Shown: piece by piece, positions 37,934 through 51,454 of the stretch
Layout: each line of letters begins with the position of its first letter
Position numbering within the stretch: position 1 is the stretch's first letter
NCBI GenBank assembly: GCA_963778655.1
Contig: CAVZVA010000010.1
Span: 1,088,001-1,152,000 of the forward strand
DNA: 64,000 bases
Origin: an uncultured delta proteobacterium
Lineage (GTDB): Bacteria > Myxococcota_A > Polyangia > Polyangiales > JAFGIB01
Direction: 5' to 3'
Position numbers and translations under genes: made by a program
The notes under the pieces: model-generated
The model's database searches: none
Seen by the model: the letters and a program-made list of their open reading frames with translations, nothing else
Told to the model about the DNA's origin: nothing

Positions 37934-38944
37934 CTAGTCCCCGGCGGACGGCGACCGCTCGCCGCCCGCCGCCCGCCGGCTCCCGGCTTCCTCGCGCAGC
38001 GTCGCGTTCAGCAGTCCGGCCAGACGCGCTCCGGCGAGCGCGATGCGCTCCCGGGCGAGGGTCAGGGCGGCGTTCTGGTAGCCCGGACCGATCTCGAACG
38101 GGCCGCGCCCGGCGCCGATCGGCGGGACGTAGACCGCGCGCCGCGCCAGCTCGAAGCCTTCCTCGATCCACACCGCTGGGTCCAGGATCGCGGCCAGCCT
38201 CGGGTCGGCGGCGGGCAGCTTGGCGGCCGCGCGCTCGACGTCACGCGCGCCGTAGCCTTCGCCGGTGATGGTGTCGTAGAACGCGTGGAGGTTGCCGGGC
38301 GGGCCGAGCGCGCACCTCGCGTCCTCGCACACAGGCGGCAAGGCGTTGCCGGTAACGCGCACCTTGTTGCCACCCTGGTCGCCCGCGGGATCCGCCTGGT
38401 CGAAGCGCGAGGCGCAGTGCAGCGGCTGGTGCACGTCGCCCACCAGGTGCAGCAGCCATACCAGGTCGTAGGACTTGAGCGCGTCGCCCGCGCTCGAGGA
38501 GCGCAGGACCTCGGCAAACATGCCGATCTGGGTCGCGGCATTGGGGGCGGCGGCCGCGACCAGGGCCGTGCCGTCGGGCGAGAAGGGCCGGTCCACGTAG
38601 TGCCAGTACCTGTGGCGCAGCTTGTCGGTGTAGCCGGCGTTCTGCGAGGCGGCCGGCGCGTCCCGCGGATCCTTGCTCGCGTACACGGGGTCCGACTTGA
38701 TCGCGTCTGCCCAGGTCGCGGCGCGCATGAACGCCACGCGCTCCCGATCGCGGCTGCGGGCCCCGACGACCCAGTACGGATAGCTCGGGTTCAGCCGCAG
38801 CAGCGCCGCGACCCGCTTGCGGGTCGCGGGCGTGAGCTTCTTGTAGGCGGCGGCCGCGACCTCCATGTGCCCGAAGTCGTCCCACGCCTGGGCACGGCCC
38901 GCGATCGAGCACGACACGGCCACGGCCAGCAGCACGGAGCGCAT
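37934..38944 (-). CDS. S1/P1 nuclease (secreted)
   Basis: Signal peptide, then WDDFGH, ATWADAIK, WHYVD, HLVGDVHQPLH, NLHAFYD, AGARLA. Confidence 0.92.
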   Translation of the reverse strand: MRSVLLAVAVSCSIAGRAQAWDDFGHMEVAAAAYKKLTPATRKRVAALLRLNPSYPYWVVGARSRDRERVAFMRAATWADAIKSDPVYASKDPRDAPAASQNAGYTDKLRHRYWHYVDRPFSPDGTALVAAAAPNAATQIGMFAEVLRSSSAGDALKSYDLVWLLHLVGDVHQPLHCASRFDQADPAGDQGGNKVRVTGNALPPVCEDARCALGPPGNLHAFYDTITGEGYGARDVERAAAKLPAADPRLAAILDPAVWIEEGFELARRAVYVPPIGAGRGPFEIGPGYQNAALTLARERIALAGARLAGLLNATLREEAGSRRAAGGERSPSAGD

Positions 38945-38957
38945 TCGGCTCCGCGGC

Positions 38958-39926
38958 TCACAGCTTGCGGAGGAACTCGAGCAGCGCGGTGTTGACCTCG
39001 GCCGGGCGCTCCTGCTGGATCCAGTGGCCGCCGCCCGGGATCACCACCTTGCCGCGCAGATCGGTGTACCAGGGGTCCATCAGGTCGCTCAGGCGCAGGC
39101 CGGGGATGAAGGCCATCACCGGATCGCGCTCGCCGACGATGAACAGCGCGGGCTGGCTGATCTTGCGCTCGGACAGCTCGGGCAGCGCCTTCCAGTCGCG
39201 CTCCTGGTTGCGGTAGCGGTTGAGCGGGCCGCGGAAGCCGCTGCCGCGGAATTCGCCCGCGTAGTAGGCCACGTCCTCCGCGCTGAGCCAGGCCGGGAGC
39301 GGCTGCGGATCGACCAGCCCGTCGAGCATCTTCGCGTCCGGCCCCTTGTTCGCCATGAAGCCGCGCTCCTCGTCGCTCACGTCGCCGGAGGCGGAGTAGT
39401 AGAGCTTGCGAATGGTCGCGGCCGGGTCGGCCTCGAGCTCCTTTTCCGCCACCCCGGGCTCCTGAAAGTACAGCTGGTAGAAGAAGCGGCCCTTGTAGAT
39501 CTCGCGGAACAGCTCGATCGCGGGGCGATCGCCGCGGCCGAGGTGCGGCACGCTGAGCCCGGCCACGGCGCGCACGCGCTCGGGATAGCGAATCGCGGTG
39601 GTCCACACGATTGGCGCGCCCCAGTCGTGGCCGATCAGCACGGCCTGGCGCTCGCCCAGCGCGTCGATCAGGCCGACCACGTCGTCGGTCATCTGCACCA
39701 TGTCGTAGGCCTCGATCGCGGCCGGCTTGTCGCTGCCGCCGTAGCCGCGCACGTCCGGCACGCACACGCGAAAGCCCGCCTGCACCAGCGGGTCGATCTG
39801 GTAGCGCCACGAGTACCAGGACTCGGGCCAGCCGTGCACCAGCACGCACAGCGGCCCCTTGCCTTCGACCACGGCGCGAAGCCGGATCCCGTTGCTTTCA
39901 ATCTGCTGGAACGCGCGCGTCTTCAT
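38958..39926 (-). CDS. Alpha/beta hydrolase, epoxide hydrolase-like
   Basis: HGWPE, DVRGYG, GHDWGA, GHWIQQERP. Confidence 0.9.
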   Translation of the reverse strand: MKTRAFQQIESNGIRLRAVVEGKGPLCVLVHGWPESWYSWRYQIDPLVQAGFRVCVPDVRGYGGSDKPAAIEAYDMVQMTDDVVGLIDALGERQAVLIGHDWGAPIVWTTAIRYPERVRAVAGLSVPHLGRGDRPAIELFREIYKGRFFYQLYFQEPGVAEKELEADPAATIRKLYYSASGDVSDEERGFMANKGPDAKMLDGLVDPQPLPAWLSAEDVAYYAGEFRGSGFRGPLNRYRNQERDWKALPELSERKISQPALFIVGERDPVMAFIPGLRLSDLMDPWYTDLRGKVVIPGGGHWIQQERPAEVNTALLEFLRKL

Positions 39927-39957
39927 GGATTGCTCCTCGTGAGAAGGGCTTAGGAGA

Positions 39958-40028
39958 TTCACAGGAAGAGGGGACGACGGGAAGAGCAAATCAGTCCGGG
40001 CCTCCCGCCTTCCCGTCTTCCTGCTGAA
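39958..40028. repeat. Inverted repeat with 8-nt periodic arms (REP-like), copy 2
   Basis: TTCACAGGAAGAGGGGACGACGGGAAG ... CCTCCCGCCTTCCCGTCTTCCTGCTGAA. Confidence 0.75.
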
Positions 40029-40036
40029 ATTTTTCC

Positions 40037-42043
<2,007 letters not shown>

Positions 42044-42045
42044 CT

Positions 42046-42080
42046 ATCATAGACGCCCCGCCGGCGGGGCGTGCTATACA
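42046..42080. promoter_or_regulatory. Back-to-back -10 boxes around a perfect 20-bp palindrome
   Basis: TATGAT (minus strand, 42046-42051), ACGCCCCGCCGGCGGGGCGT (42053-42072), TGcTATACA (plus strand, 42072-42080). Confidence 0.6.
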
Positions 42081-42088
42081 GGACCGCC

Positions 42089-44713
42089 GTGCGTCGTGCG
42101 CCGAGCCACTCGCTGCTGGGACCCGCGCTGCTGCTGTACCTGGTGGCGGACGCCGCTGCGGCCCAGGGCCAGCTCGATGTGCCGGGCGCGCTGGTGGCCG
42201 CCGTGGCCGGGCTGCTCTCGCTGACCGCGCTGCGCGTGGCGCGCGTCGAGCTGGCCGGCAGTCAGCGCACCGGCTGGCTGGGGCTCGCCGCGGCCTGCGG
42301 GCTGCTGCGCGCGGTCGCGCCCGACGCGCTCTCGCTGCGCGTCGACTTGGTGCAGGCGCTCGGCTCGGGCGCGTGCGCCGCGTTGATCGCGGACCTCGCG
42401 ATTAGCGTGCCCGATCGCTTCGGCGCAGCGGCGCGCGCGCGTGCGCTGCGCGCCGGCAGCTACGCGCTGGGTGCGTTGGCCGCGCTGCTCGGGGTCGTGA
42501 CCCAGGCGCCCGCGCTGCACGCGTTCGGGCGGCTGTGGCTGCTGCCGGCATGGCTCGGCTTGGCCCCAGGCGCCGCGCTGGCGCTCGCGCTGTGCGTCGC
42601 GCTCGGGCTGCGCGCGCTGCGGCGGCGCGCGGGCAGCTCGCCCGAGGCGCTCGCGTCCAACGCCTGGGCCCTGCTCGGCCTGGTGCCGGCCGTGGGCGTG
42701 GCGCTCGTCGCTTGCGCCAGCGCGCTGCTCGGCGCCGAGCGCGGAGCTGCGCCGCTGCGGCTGGCGACCGCAGCCAGCGCCGGCCTGCTGGTGTGGAGTC
42801 ACCTGCGCCTGTGCGATCCGGGCCAGCGCCTGCGCGTAGGGCCGACCACGCGCGACGCGCTGGCTGCGCTGCTCACGCTAGGCGCGCTCGCGGCGGCCAG
42901 CGCGCTGCTGCGGCCGCTGTGGCCCGAGGGGCCGCTCGCACTGGCAGCCGCGGTAGGCACGCTGCTGCTGCTAGCGGCGGCGCTCTACCGCACGTTGCGC
43001 GAGCTGGCGCGCGTGGCGCTGGCGCCCGCGTCGGGACGGCTGCTCTTGGCGCTCGAGCGCGGGCACGCAGAGCTCGCGGAAGTCAGTGACCTGCTCGATG
43101 TGGCGCGGGTCGTGCTCGGCGCGGCGCGCAGCGCCTCGGGTAGTGTCGAGGCCGAGCCGGTCCTGTACGTGCTCGATCCAGAGCTCGAGCTGCGCATCGA
43201 CGCAGCCGGGCAGCCGCACGCGGCGCAGCAGCCGCTGCACCCGCGTCTGCGCGCGGCGCTGCGCGAGCGCCCGGGCGAAGTGATCATGCGCCTGCCGTTG
43301 CAGGCGCAGATCGTGCGGCAGCCCGCGTTGCGGCCTTTGATCGACGCGCTGCGCGCGCTCGATGCGCTGTGTGTGCTGCCGCTGATGCAACGCGGCGAGC
43401 TGGAGGGCGCGCTGGTGGTGCCGCTGGGCGTGCGCCGCAGCAGCCTGGCGCTCGAAGAGATCGAGGCGCTGCACCGGTTCGGCCGTCACGTGGCCGGCTT
43501 TCTCGGCGTGCTGTGCGCTGAAGCGCGTGCGTTCCGGCGCGGCTCGCAGGAGATGCTCGCGCGCGCCGAGGTCGAGCAGCGGCTCTCGCGCGCGCACGGC
43601 GAGCTCGGCCGGCTGCAGGCCGAGCTGCGCGCGGCGCAGGCTGGCGATGCGACCGACGGTGCGGAGGCGGCGGCCGTGGAAGTCGCCTACAGCCCAGCGA
43701 TGCGGGGCCTGCTCGAGCGGCTCGAGCGCGTGGCGCCGAGCGCGGCGCCTCTGCTGCTCGAGGCCGAGGGCGGCACGCCGCTGCTGCCGCTGGTGCGCTT
43801 GCTGCACCACGCCGGCCGGCGCGGGCAGTGGCCGCTGGTGATCGGGCGCTGCGCCTCGGCGCGCGCCGGGCGCGGCGCGGCCGCGCTGCTCGGCCCCGAG
43901 CACGCCGCCGGCGTGCCGGAGCAGCCCCTCGCTCGGGCGCGCGCCGGCGCGCCCGTCACCGCCGCCAAGCGCCTCGCCGCCGAGCCGGGCGGCGGCCAGA
44001 CCACGAGCGTGCAGGACCGCCCGCCCGCCGCCTTTGGCGAGACCGTCGCGCTTGCCGACCCGGCCGATCCGGGTTGGCTGCAGCTGGCGGGAGAGGGGAC
44101 GCTGCTGCTGTGCGATCTACCGGCGCTCGAGCCGGCTGTGCAGCGCGCGCTGGCGCAGCGGCTCGCGGATTGCCCCGCGCGCGTGGTCGCCAGCTGCCGC
44201 CGCGATCCGGAGCGGCTCTTGGCGGAGGGCGCGCTGCTGCCCGAGCTGCGCGCGTGCTTCGGACCGTGCGTGCGCGTGCCGCCGCTACGGGAGCGCGCCG
44301 AAGATCTGCCGTCGCTGTTGCTGCTCGCGCTCGATCACGGCGCGCGCGTGCTCGGCCGCGCGCCGGTTGGGCTCGAGCCGGACGCGCAGGCGCGTCTGCT
44401 CGGCTACGACTGGCCGGGCAATCTCGATGAGCTGTACGCCGTGATCGAGCAGGCCGTGGCGCGCTGTCATGGGCCGCGCGTGACGCTGCGCGAGCTGCCA
44501 CGCTTCGGAGCGACGCCCGCCAGCCCGCTCGACGGAACCCTCGAGCGGGTCGAGCGCCGCGTGTTGCGCCGCGCGCTCGAGCGTGCCGACGGCAACAAGA
44601 GCGAGGCCGCGCGCCTGCTCGGCCTCAAGCGCACCACCTTCCTCGACAAGCTGCGCAGGCACGGCCTGGAAGACGGTGGCAAGCCGCGCACCAGCGGCGC
44701 CGCGGCGAATTAG
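42089..44713 (+). CDS. Membrane-bound Fis-family regulator with degenerate sigma54-activator AAA+ domain
   Basis: Multi-TM N-terminus, GAF-like region, VPPLRERAEDL, YDWPGNLDEL, HTH GNKSEAARLLGLKRTTF; Walker A/B and GAFTGA lost. Confidence 0.8.
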   Translation: MRRAPSHSLLGPALLLYLVADAAAAQGQLDVPGALVAAVAGLLSLTALRVARVELAGSQRTGWLGLAAACGLLRAVAPDALSLRVDLVQALGSGACAALIADLAISVPDRFGAAARARALRAGSYALGALAALLGVVTQAPALHAFGRLWLLPAWLGLAPGAALALALCVALGLRALRRRAGSSPEALASNAWALLGLVPAVGVALVACASALLGAERGAAPLRLATAASAGLLVWSHLRLCDPGQRLRVGPTTRDALAALLTLGALAAASALLRPLWPEGPLALAAAVGTLLLLAAALYRTLRELARVALAPASGRLLLALERGHAELAEVSDLLDVARVVLGAARSASGSVEAEPVLYVLDPELELRIDAAGQPHAAQQPLHPRLRAALRERPGEVIMRLPLQAQIVRQPALRPLIDALRALDALCVLPLMQRGELEGALVVPLGVRRSSLALEEIEALHRFGRHVAGFLGVLCAEARAFRRGSQEMLARAEVEQRLSRAHGELGRLQAELRAAQAGDATDGAEAAAVEVAYSPAMRGLLERLERVAPSAAPLLLEAEGGTPLLPLVRLLHHAGRRGQWPLVIGRCASARAGRGAAALLGPEHAAGVPEQPLARARAGAPVTAAKRLAAEPGGGQTTSVQDRPPAAFGETVALADPADPGWLQLAGEGTLLLCDLPALEPAVQRALAQRLADCPARVVASCRRDPERLLAEGALLPELRACFGPCVRVPPLRERAEDLPSLLLLALDHGARVLGRAPVGLEPDAQARLLGYDWPGNLDELYAVIEQAVARCHGPRVTLRELPRFGATPASPLDGTLERVERRVLRRALERADGNKSEAARLLGLKRTTFLDKLRRHGLEDGGKPRTSGAAAN

Positions 44714-44741
44714 CTCGCGCCCGTGCGCGGGCTCGACCCGC

Positions 44742-45616
<875 letters not shown>

Positions 45617-45617
<1 letters not shown>

Positions 45618-46108
45618 CACAACCCGTGAGCCTCGCGCAGCTGCTCTAGCAGTGCCGTGCACGCGGACTCGCAGATGTCGAACACGCGCACGAACCCGCC
45701 GGGGCCGCCCTGGTAGGGGTCGGGCACGTCGAGCTGTGCGCCCGCGTTCGGGTCGAAGCTGCGCAGCAGCTGGAGCTTGTCCCCCTGGCGCGAGTCGCGC
45801 GCGAGCCGCAGCAGGTCGCGGAGGTTCTGGCGGTCCATCGCCAGCACGTAGTCGAAGCGCTCGAAATCTTCGGCGGTGAACTGGCGTGCGACGCTGGTCA
45901 GCTCGATGCCGTGCCGCAGCGCCTCTGCACGGCTGCGCGCATCGGCACGCTCGCCCGCGTGGTAGGCGCCCGTGCCCGCGCTGTCGATCAGCAGCTTGTC
46001 TTCGAGCCCGGCCTCGCTGGCGAGGTGCTTCATGATGCCCTCTGCTGTCGGCGAGCGGCAGATGTTGCCGAGGCACACGAAGCACAGCGCGATCGGTTTG
46101 TCGCCCAT
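45617..46108 (-). CDS. Low molecular weight protein-tyrosine phosphatase
   Basis: FVCLGNICRSP P-loop, DSAGT, VPDPY. Confidence 0.95.
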
Positions 46109-46109
46109 C

Positions 46110-47615
46110 TCACTTCCCGGTCACGTAGACCTTGCTCGCCTTGATGCCGGTCATGTCGGTGGAGATGCCATGCCAGCCCTCGGGCAGCTCCGGCCAGGTG
46201 AGGTTGAACACGCGGTGCGCGTCGAAGGGCGATAGGTTCACGCAACCGTGGGAGTGGCGCAAGCCAAAGCCACCGTGCCAGAACGCGCCGTGCAGCGCCA
46301 CCGAGCCGGAGAAGTACTCGGTCCAGGGTACGTCCTCGATGCTGTAGCGGTCGGGTGCGTCCTGACCGATGTCGCTCATGGTCGAGGCCACCAGCTTGGA
46401 GCGGATCGTAAACAGTCCCACCGGCGTGTCGTGCCCTTCGAGACCGGTCGACACCAGGGTCGCATAGACCGGCTCGTCGCCCTGATAGGCGACCAGCGTC
46501 TGCTGATCGATGTTGACGTGCACCCACGGCTCGCCCGGCCCGATGCCCTCGGGGCGCGGGATCTTTTCCGCCAGCGCGACGTACCACGACTTGAGGTAGC
46601 GCCCGTCCGGCAGCTTGTACACGAGGTCGTCGCCCAGATGCTCGCGGCTGGCTCCAGGCACCTCCGAGAGCCGCGCCAGCGGTTTGTCCTTGGGGTTGGT
46701 GATGTAGCGATACGAGCCGTCCTTGCGCTGCTTGGCCGTGAAAGGCGTGCCTTCGCGCACCATCCAGGCCACGGGCAGCGGGTGCTCGGCGTCGAGCTCC
46801 ACACCGCGGAAGCTCGAGCCGGTGCGCTCCTCGAGCTGCGCCTGTTTGACGTAGCTGCCGCGCACGGTTCGCACGAACTTGCGGTGCGCGCGCTCCTCGA
46901 TGCCGGCGCCCGCGACGAAGAACAAGCGGTCGAGGTAGCGCCGCACGATCGGCGGGCTCAATAGCTCACCGGGGAGCTGGCCGTCGAGCAGCTTCTGCGC
47001 CTTGGCCTCGCTCTTCTGCAAAAGCTCCAGGTAACGCTGCACGAAGGCGTTGGCCGCGCGTTGATCCTCGCGCGAGGGCAAGCGGTGGTACTCGGGGACC
47101 TTGGGCTCCTTGACCAGGAAGTAGCGGTAGGGCAGGGGCGCGTCGCGCGGCGGCGGATTCATCGCCAGCTCGGACTGGGGCGGCTTGTCGGCGACCTGAA
47201 TGCCTTCGCCGGCGCAGGCGTAGCCGCGCGGGTACAGGCGATAGAAGCCGGTGCGGCAGGTCGGGGTCTTGACCGGTCCGGGCGCCAGGCGCACGCGCGA
47301 GCCCACCCGCAGCCAGCCCAGCAGCAGGGCGTCGGGGTCGGGCTTGTCGTGGACCTTGAGCTGCGCCCCGGTGACCAGGCCGTGCAGGGGATACTCCTTG
47401 TCGAGCCGGTCTTGCTCGCGCTTGGCGGCGAGCGCGGCCTGGTCGATCTTCGCGACCGCCTGCTTGACGCCCGCCGGCTGCGCCGGGGTCTTGCTGCTGG
47501 CGCGCGCGGCCTCGGCGGGCTTGTCGGAGCAGCCGGCCAGAGCGAGCAGCGCGGCGCAGCAGGCGAGCCACGGCGCGCGGCGCGCGCAGCGCACGGGTAC
47601 GACGGCTCGGGGCAT
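46110..47615 (-). CDS. L,D-transpeptidase (YkuD domain) lipoprotein
   Basis: LAGC lipobox; VSTG, TPVG, ALHGAFWH, SHGCVNL. Confidence 0.88.
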   Translation of the reverse strand: MPRAVVPVRCARRAPWLACCAALLALAGCSDKPAEAARASSKTPAQPAGVKQAVAKIDQAALAAKREQDRLDKEYPLHGLVTGAQLKVHDKPDPDALLLGWLRVGSRVRLAPGPVKTPTCRTGFYRLYPRGYACAGEGIQVADKPPQSELAMNPPPRDAPLPYRYFLVKEPKVPEYHRLPSREDQRAANAFVQRYLELLQKSEAKAQKLLDGQLPGELLSPPIVRRYLDRLFFVAGAGIEERAHRKFVRTVRGSYVKQAQLEERTGSSFRGVELDAEHPLPVAWMVREGTPFTAKQRKDGSYRYITNPKDKPLARLSEVPGASREHLGDDLVYKLPDGRYLKSWYVALAEKIPRPEGIGPGEPWVHVNIDQQTLVAYQGDEPVYATLVSTGLEGHDTPVGLFTIRSKLVASTMSDIGQDAPDRYSIEDVPWTEYFSGSVALHGAFWHGGFGLRHSHGCVNLSPFDAHRVFNLTWPELPEGWHGISTDMTGIKASKVYVTGK

Positions 47616-47900
47616 CGGCCGACCATTACCGGACCCGGGCAGGCCGCTCAACCCCCCGGCGCGACCCTGCGCCAATACCGGTCCTCGCGCGCGCCGACAG
47701 CGCGAGGGTCATCAAGCGGCTGAAGGCGCTTGCGAGATAGTGCAATCGCAGCCCAGGTCGCCTCGGGCGCCTCCGCTGCGGGCTGGCGTGCATTTCACCA
47801 CCTTGCGACCGGGCCACATCTGGCCGACCCTCGTAGGCATGTCGGATGGCCCTCGGGTCTCGGGCGGGCAGTCCGCGCAGTCGTGCGGCCGGAGGCTCCG

Positions 47901-50565
47901 TTGAGCTCTCCTGGGCAAGCGGCGGTCGTCGTGCTCGATGCCCGCGGCATCATGTGCGACGCGAGCGCCGCGCTCGAGCGCCTCGCCGGCCGCACGCGGG
48001 CCGAGCTGCTCGAGCACGACTTCTGTGACCTGCTGCTCGCCCCTGCTGCGGTGCCGGCGTTTCGCGCTTGGCTCACCGCGGCGGTCGCGAGCCCGCGCGC
48101 AGCCGCCCCCGAGCTGCTCGCGGGCGCCGATCCGGCGGTGAGCTGGCAGCTCCACGCGGCGCGTGACGGCGCCGGCGCGCTCTGCGGCGTGGTCGGCGTG
48201 GCGATTCACGACAGCGTGGCGCGGACCTACCTCGACCACACCGCCGATTGGGTCTTCGCCAAGGACCCGACGCACCGCATCAGGTACGTCAACCCTGCGT
48301 ACGCCCGCGCGCTCGGGCGCAGCGCCGAGGATCTGATTCGGCAGGCCCGATACCGAAGTGTGGCCCGAAGCGCGGCAAGACGACGCGGCCCAGGGGCTGC
48401 GCAGCTTCCACGCCGACGACGATGCCGTGCTCGAGGGACAGACGGTTCGCAGCGAGGGGCGCTCGCTGACTCAGCTCGACGGGCGGGTGCGCATCTTCGA
48501 CAACACCAAGCTGCCGCTGCGCAACGCCCGCGGTGAGATCTACGGCGTGCTCGGGTTCGCGCGCGACGTGACTGAGCAGCGTAACGCCGAGCGCGAGCTG
48601 CGCAGCCGCGAGGAGCGCTACCGCTTGCTCGTCGACAACGCCCCGGTGCCGCTCTACGTGCATGACGGCGAGCGCTTGCTGTTTGCCAATCGGGCCTGCG
48701 GCAAGCTGATGGGCTACGAGCTCGAGAACTTGGTGGGCCGGCCGCTCACTGACATCGTGCACCCCGACGAGCGGGCGCGGGTGCAGGAACGCATCGCGCA
48801 GCTGCGCCAGACCGCCGAAACCGGTTACAACTCGCCGATCCTCGGACGGATCGTGCGCGCGGACGGCGAGCTCGTGTTCGTCGAGGTGGTTGCGGCCATG
48901 GTCAGCTACGAGGGTCGCCCCGCGATCCAGGTCGTGGCGATCGATGTCAGCGAGCGCGAGCGCGCGCGCGAGGCGGTGCGCGAGCGCGATGCCGCGCTCC
49001 AGAAGGCCGTCGAGCAGCTGGCCGAAGCGCAGCGCATCGCCCACCTCGGTTACTGGGAGTACGACCTCTTGAGCTCCACCGTCGAATGGTCGGACGAGAC
49101 CTTCCGCATCTTCGAGCTCGACCGCGACGTGCGCCCGACGCGGGACCTATGGCTCGCGGCGGTCCACCCGGACGATCGGCCGGCGCTCGCCGCAGGCTTC
49201 GGGGCTGCGATGAGCACGCAGACGTCGATATCGCTCACCTATCGGCTCGCGCTGCCCGGCGACCGCATCAAACACGTGTTCCAGCACGTACGCTTCGAGA
49301 GCGACGACCGCGGCGCCGTGGCGCGTGCCGTGGGCACTGTGCAGGATGTCAGCGATCGCGAGGTGGCGGCGGCCGAGCGCGCGGCGCTCGAGGCGCAGCT
49401 GCGCCACGCTCAGCGCCTCGAATCGCTCGGCACGCTGGCAGCCGGCATCGCGCACGACTTCAACAACCTCCTGACCGCGATCCTCGCCAATGCCGAGCTG
49501 GCGACGCGCTCCCTGGCCGAGGGCCATCCGGTGCACGAGAACCTCGCGGCCATCGGCGCTGCCGGGGCGCGTGCCACCGAATTGGTGCGGCAGATCCTGA
49601 TGGTCGGCCGGCGGCAGGCCGCTCGCAGAACTACGGTCGATCCGGCGGTCGTCGCAGAGGAGGCGCTGCGCCTGCTCCGCGCGACCCTGCGCGAAAACGT
49701 CGAGCTCGTCGCCCGCATCTCGCCCGACACGCCGTCCATCACGGCCGACGCCACGCAACTGCTGCAGGTGTTGATGAACCTGTGTACCAATGCGTGGCAG
49801 GCGCTCGAGGGGCAGCGCGGGCGCATCGAGATCGGTGTGCGCGGCGTCGCGCTCGACGAGGCCGCGCTGCGCGGGCGTCCCCAGCTGGCGCCGGGCCTGC
49901 ACGCCGAGATCACCGTCACCGACACGGGCAAGGGGATGGCTGCCGAGACCGTCGAGCGCGTCTTCGATCCCTTCTTCACCACCAAGCCGGTCGGCGTGGG
50001 CTCGGGCCTCGGCCTCGCGGTCGTGCACGGCATCGTCCAAAGCCACCAGGGCGCGATCGAGGTGACGAGCGAGCCAGGCCAGGGCACCACGTTTCGGCTC
50101 TACTTTCCGGCCAGCGCCGGCGTCGCGGCTTCCGTTCCGCGAGACCGGACGCCTCCGGCTCCGCGGCCGCTGCGGGTGATGCTGGTCGACGACGAGGCGG
50201 CGATCGTCTCGGTGTTCACGCACGCGCTGCAGGCGCTCGGCTTCACGGTGACGGCCTTTACGCGCGCCGCCGATGCGCTCGGCGAGTTGCAGGCGCGCGC
50301 CGGATCCTTCGACGTGGTCGTGAGCGACCACCGTATGCCGGAAATGTCCGGGCTTGAGCTGGCGCGCGAGGTCCGCCGCATCGCGCCCGAGCTGCCGCTG
50401 GTGTTGATGTCGGGCAACCTCGACGCGCGCGCGCTCGAGCGCAGCGCGCTGCTGGGCGTCGTACACCACTTGCCCAAGCCGTGCAGCCTCGAACAGCTCA
50501 GCAGCACGCTCGTGACGGCAGCGCTCGAAGCGAGCAAGCGCGCGGCCGCCCCCGGCGAGCGCTGA
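47901..50565 (+). pseudogene. Multi-PAS hybrid histidine kinase with +1 frameshift near 48337
   Basis: PAS domains, H-box AHDFNNLL, N-box NLCTNA, DTGKGM, FFTTK, GLGL, receiver domain. EDLI and GRPDTEVWP join on deleting one T at 48337-48338. GGAGG precedes TTG 47901. Confidence 0.8.
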
Positions 50566-50624
50566 GCTTTCGCCTCGCGCATGTGGATGCTCGCCGCTCG
50601 CGAAGTGCCAAACGCGGACACGGG

Positions 50625-51266
50625 TCAAGCCGGGACGCGGGCGACAAAGAGCCCGCGGTCGGCCGGACCCTTGGGATCGTGGGTGGCTTGCAAGCCGGCC
50701 CGACGAAAGCACTCGAGCGTTTCTTCGGTCGTGAACAGCCCGAGCTCGTGCAGCTCACTGGCGTGCGCGATGCCGCCGGGCCGGCCGATCAGATACTCGA
50801 AACGCACGCGCGAGAGGCGGCCTTCGACTTGCATGTGACTCATCCGGGCCACGCTCACGTCCTCGCGCTTCGCGGTCTTCATCCCCACCGTGCCGTGCTG
50901 CAGTACCCCGGGGGCGAACCAGGGCTCGACCAGCGTGAGGCCACCCTCGGCCAGGTGCGTCCGAAACCGGTCGAACGTGCGCCGGACGTTCTCGAGCGTC
51001 CGAACGTAGCCGATCGAGCTGAACAAGCACAGAACGACATCGTAGCGTCGCGGCAGCTGAAACGACGTCATGTCCCCCTGGTACACGGTACCGCGGGTCA
51101 GCTTCCGTCGCGCGATTTGCACGAACGCCGGATCCAGGTCGAGCCCATCGACCTCGAAGCCGTGCTCCTCAGCGAGCGACCGCGCGTGCTCGCCGGTGCC
51201 GCACGCGACGTCGAGCACCGTCCGCGCGCGAGGATGCGTCCGCCGGATGGAAGCGGCGAGCTCGAC
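50625..51266 (-). pseudogene. Class I SAM-dependent methyltransferase (TylM1/DesVI-like), 5'-truncated
   Basis: VLDVACGTGEH, GLDLD, GDMTSF, DVVLCLFSSIGY, VEPWF; the usual N-terminus is missing. Confidence 0.7.
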
Positions 51267-51366
51267 CCGGAACTTGAACACCGGCCTCCGGAAACGCGGG
51301 CTGACAGAACACCAACAATCGATCGCGCTGGGTGATGTACGCGAATGCCTTCTGCACGATGCGCAC
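51267..51366 (-). pseudogene. NUDIX hydrolase N-terminal fragment
   Basis: Strong RBS GAGGAGGT, then MRIVQKAFAYITQRDRLLVFCQPAFPEAGVQVPG, breaking off where the Nudix box should start. Confidence 0.6.
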
Positions 51367-51454
51367 GACACCTCCTCGGCATGCCCAACCGGCAATTCCG
51401 TTGGTCAACATGATCCCTGGACAAAGCGATCGCGAGGCCGCCCGGCACGATCCC

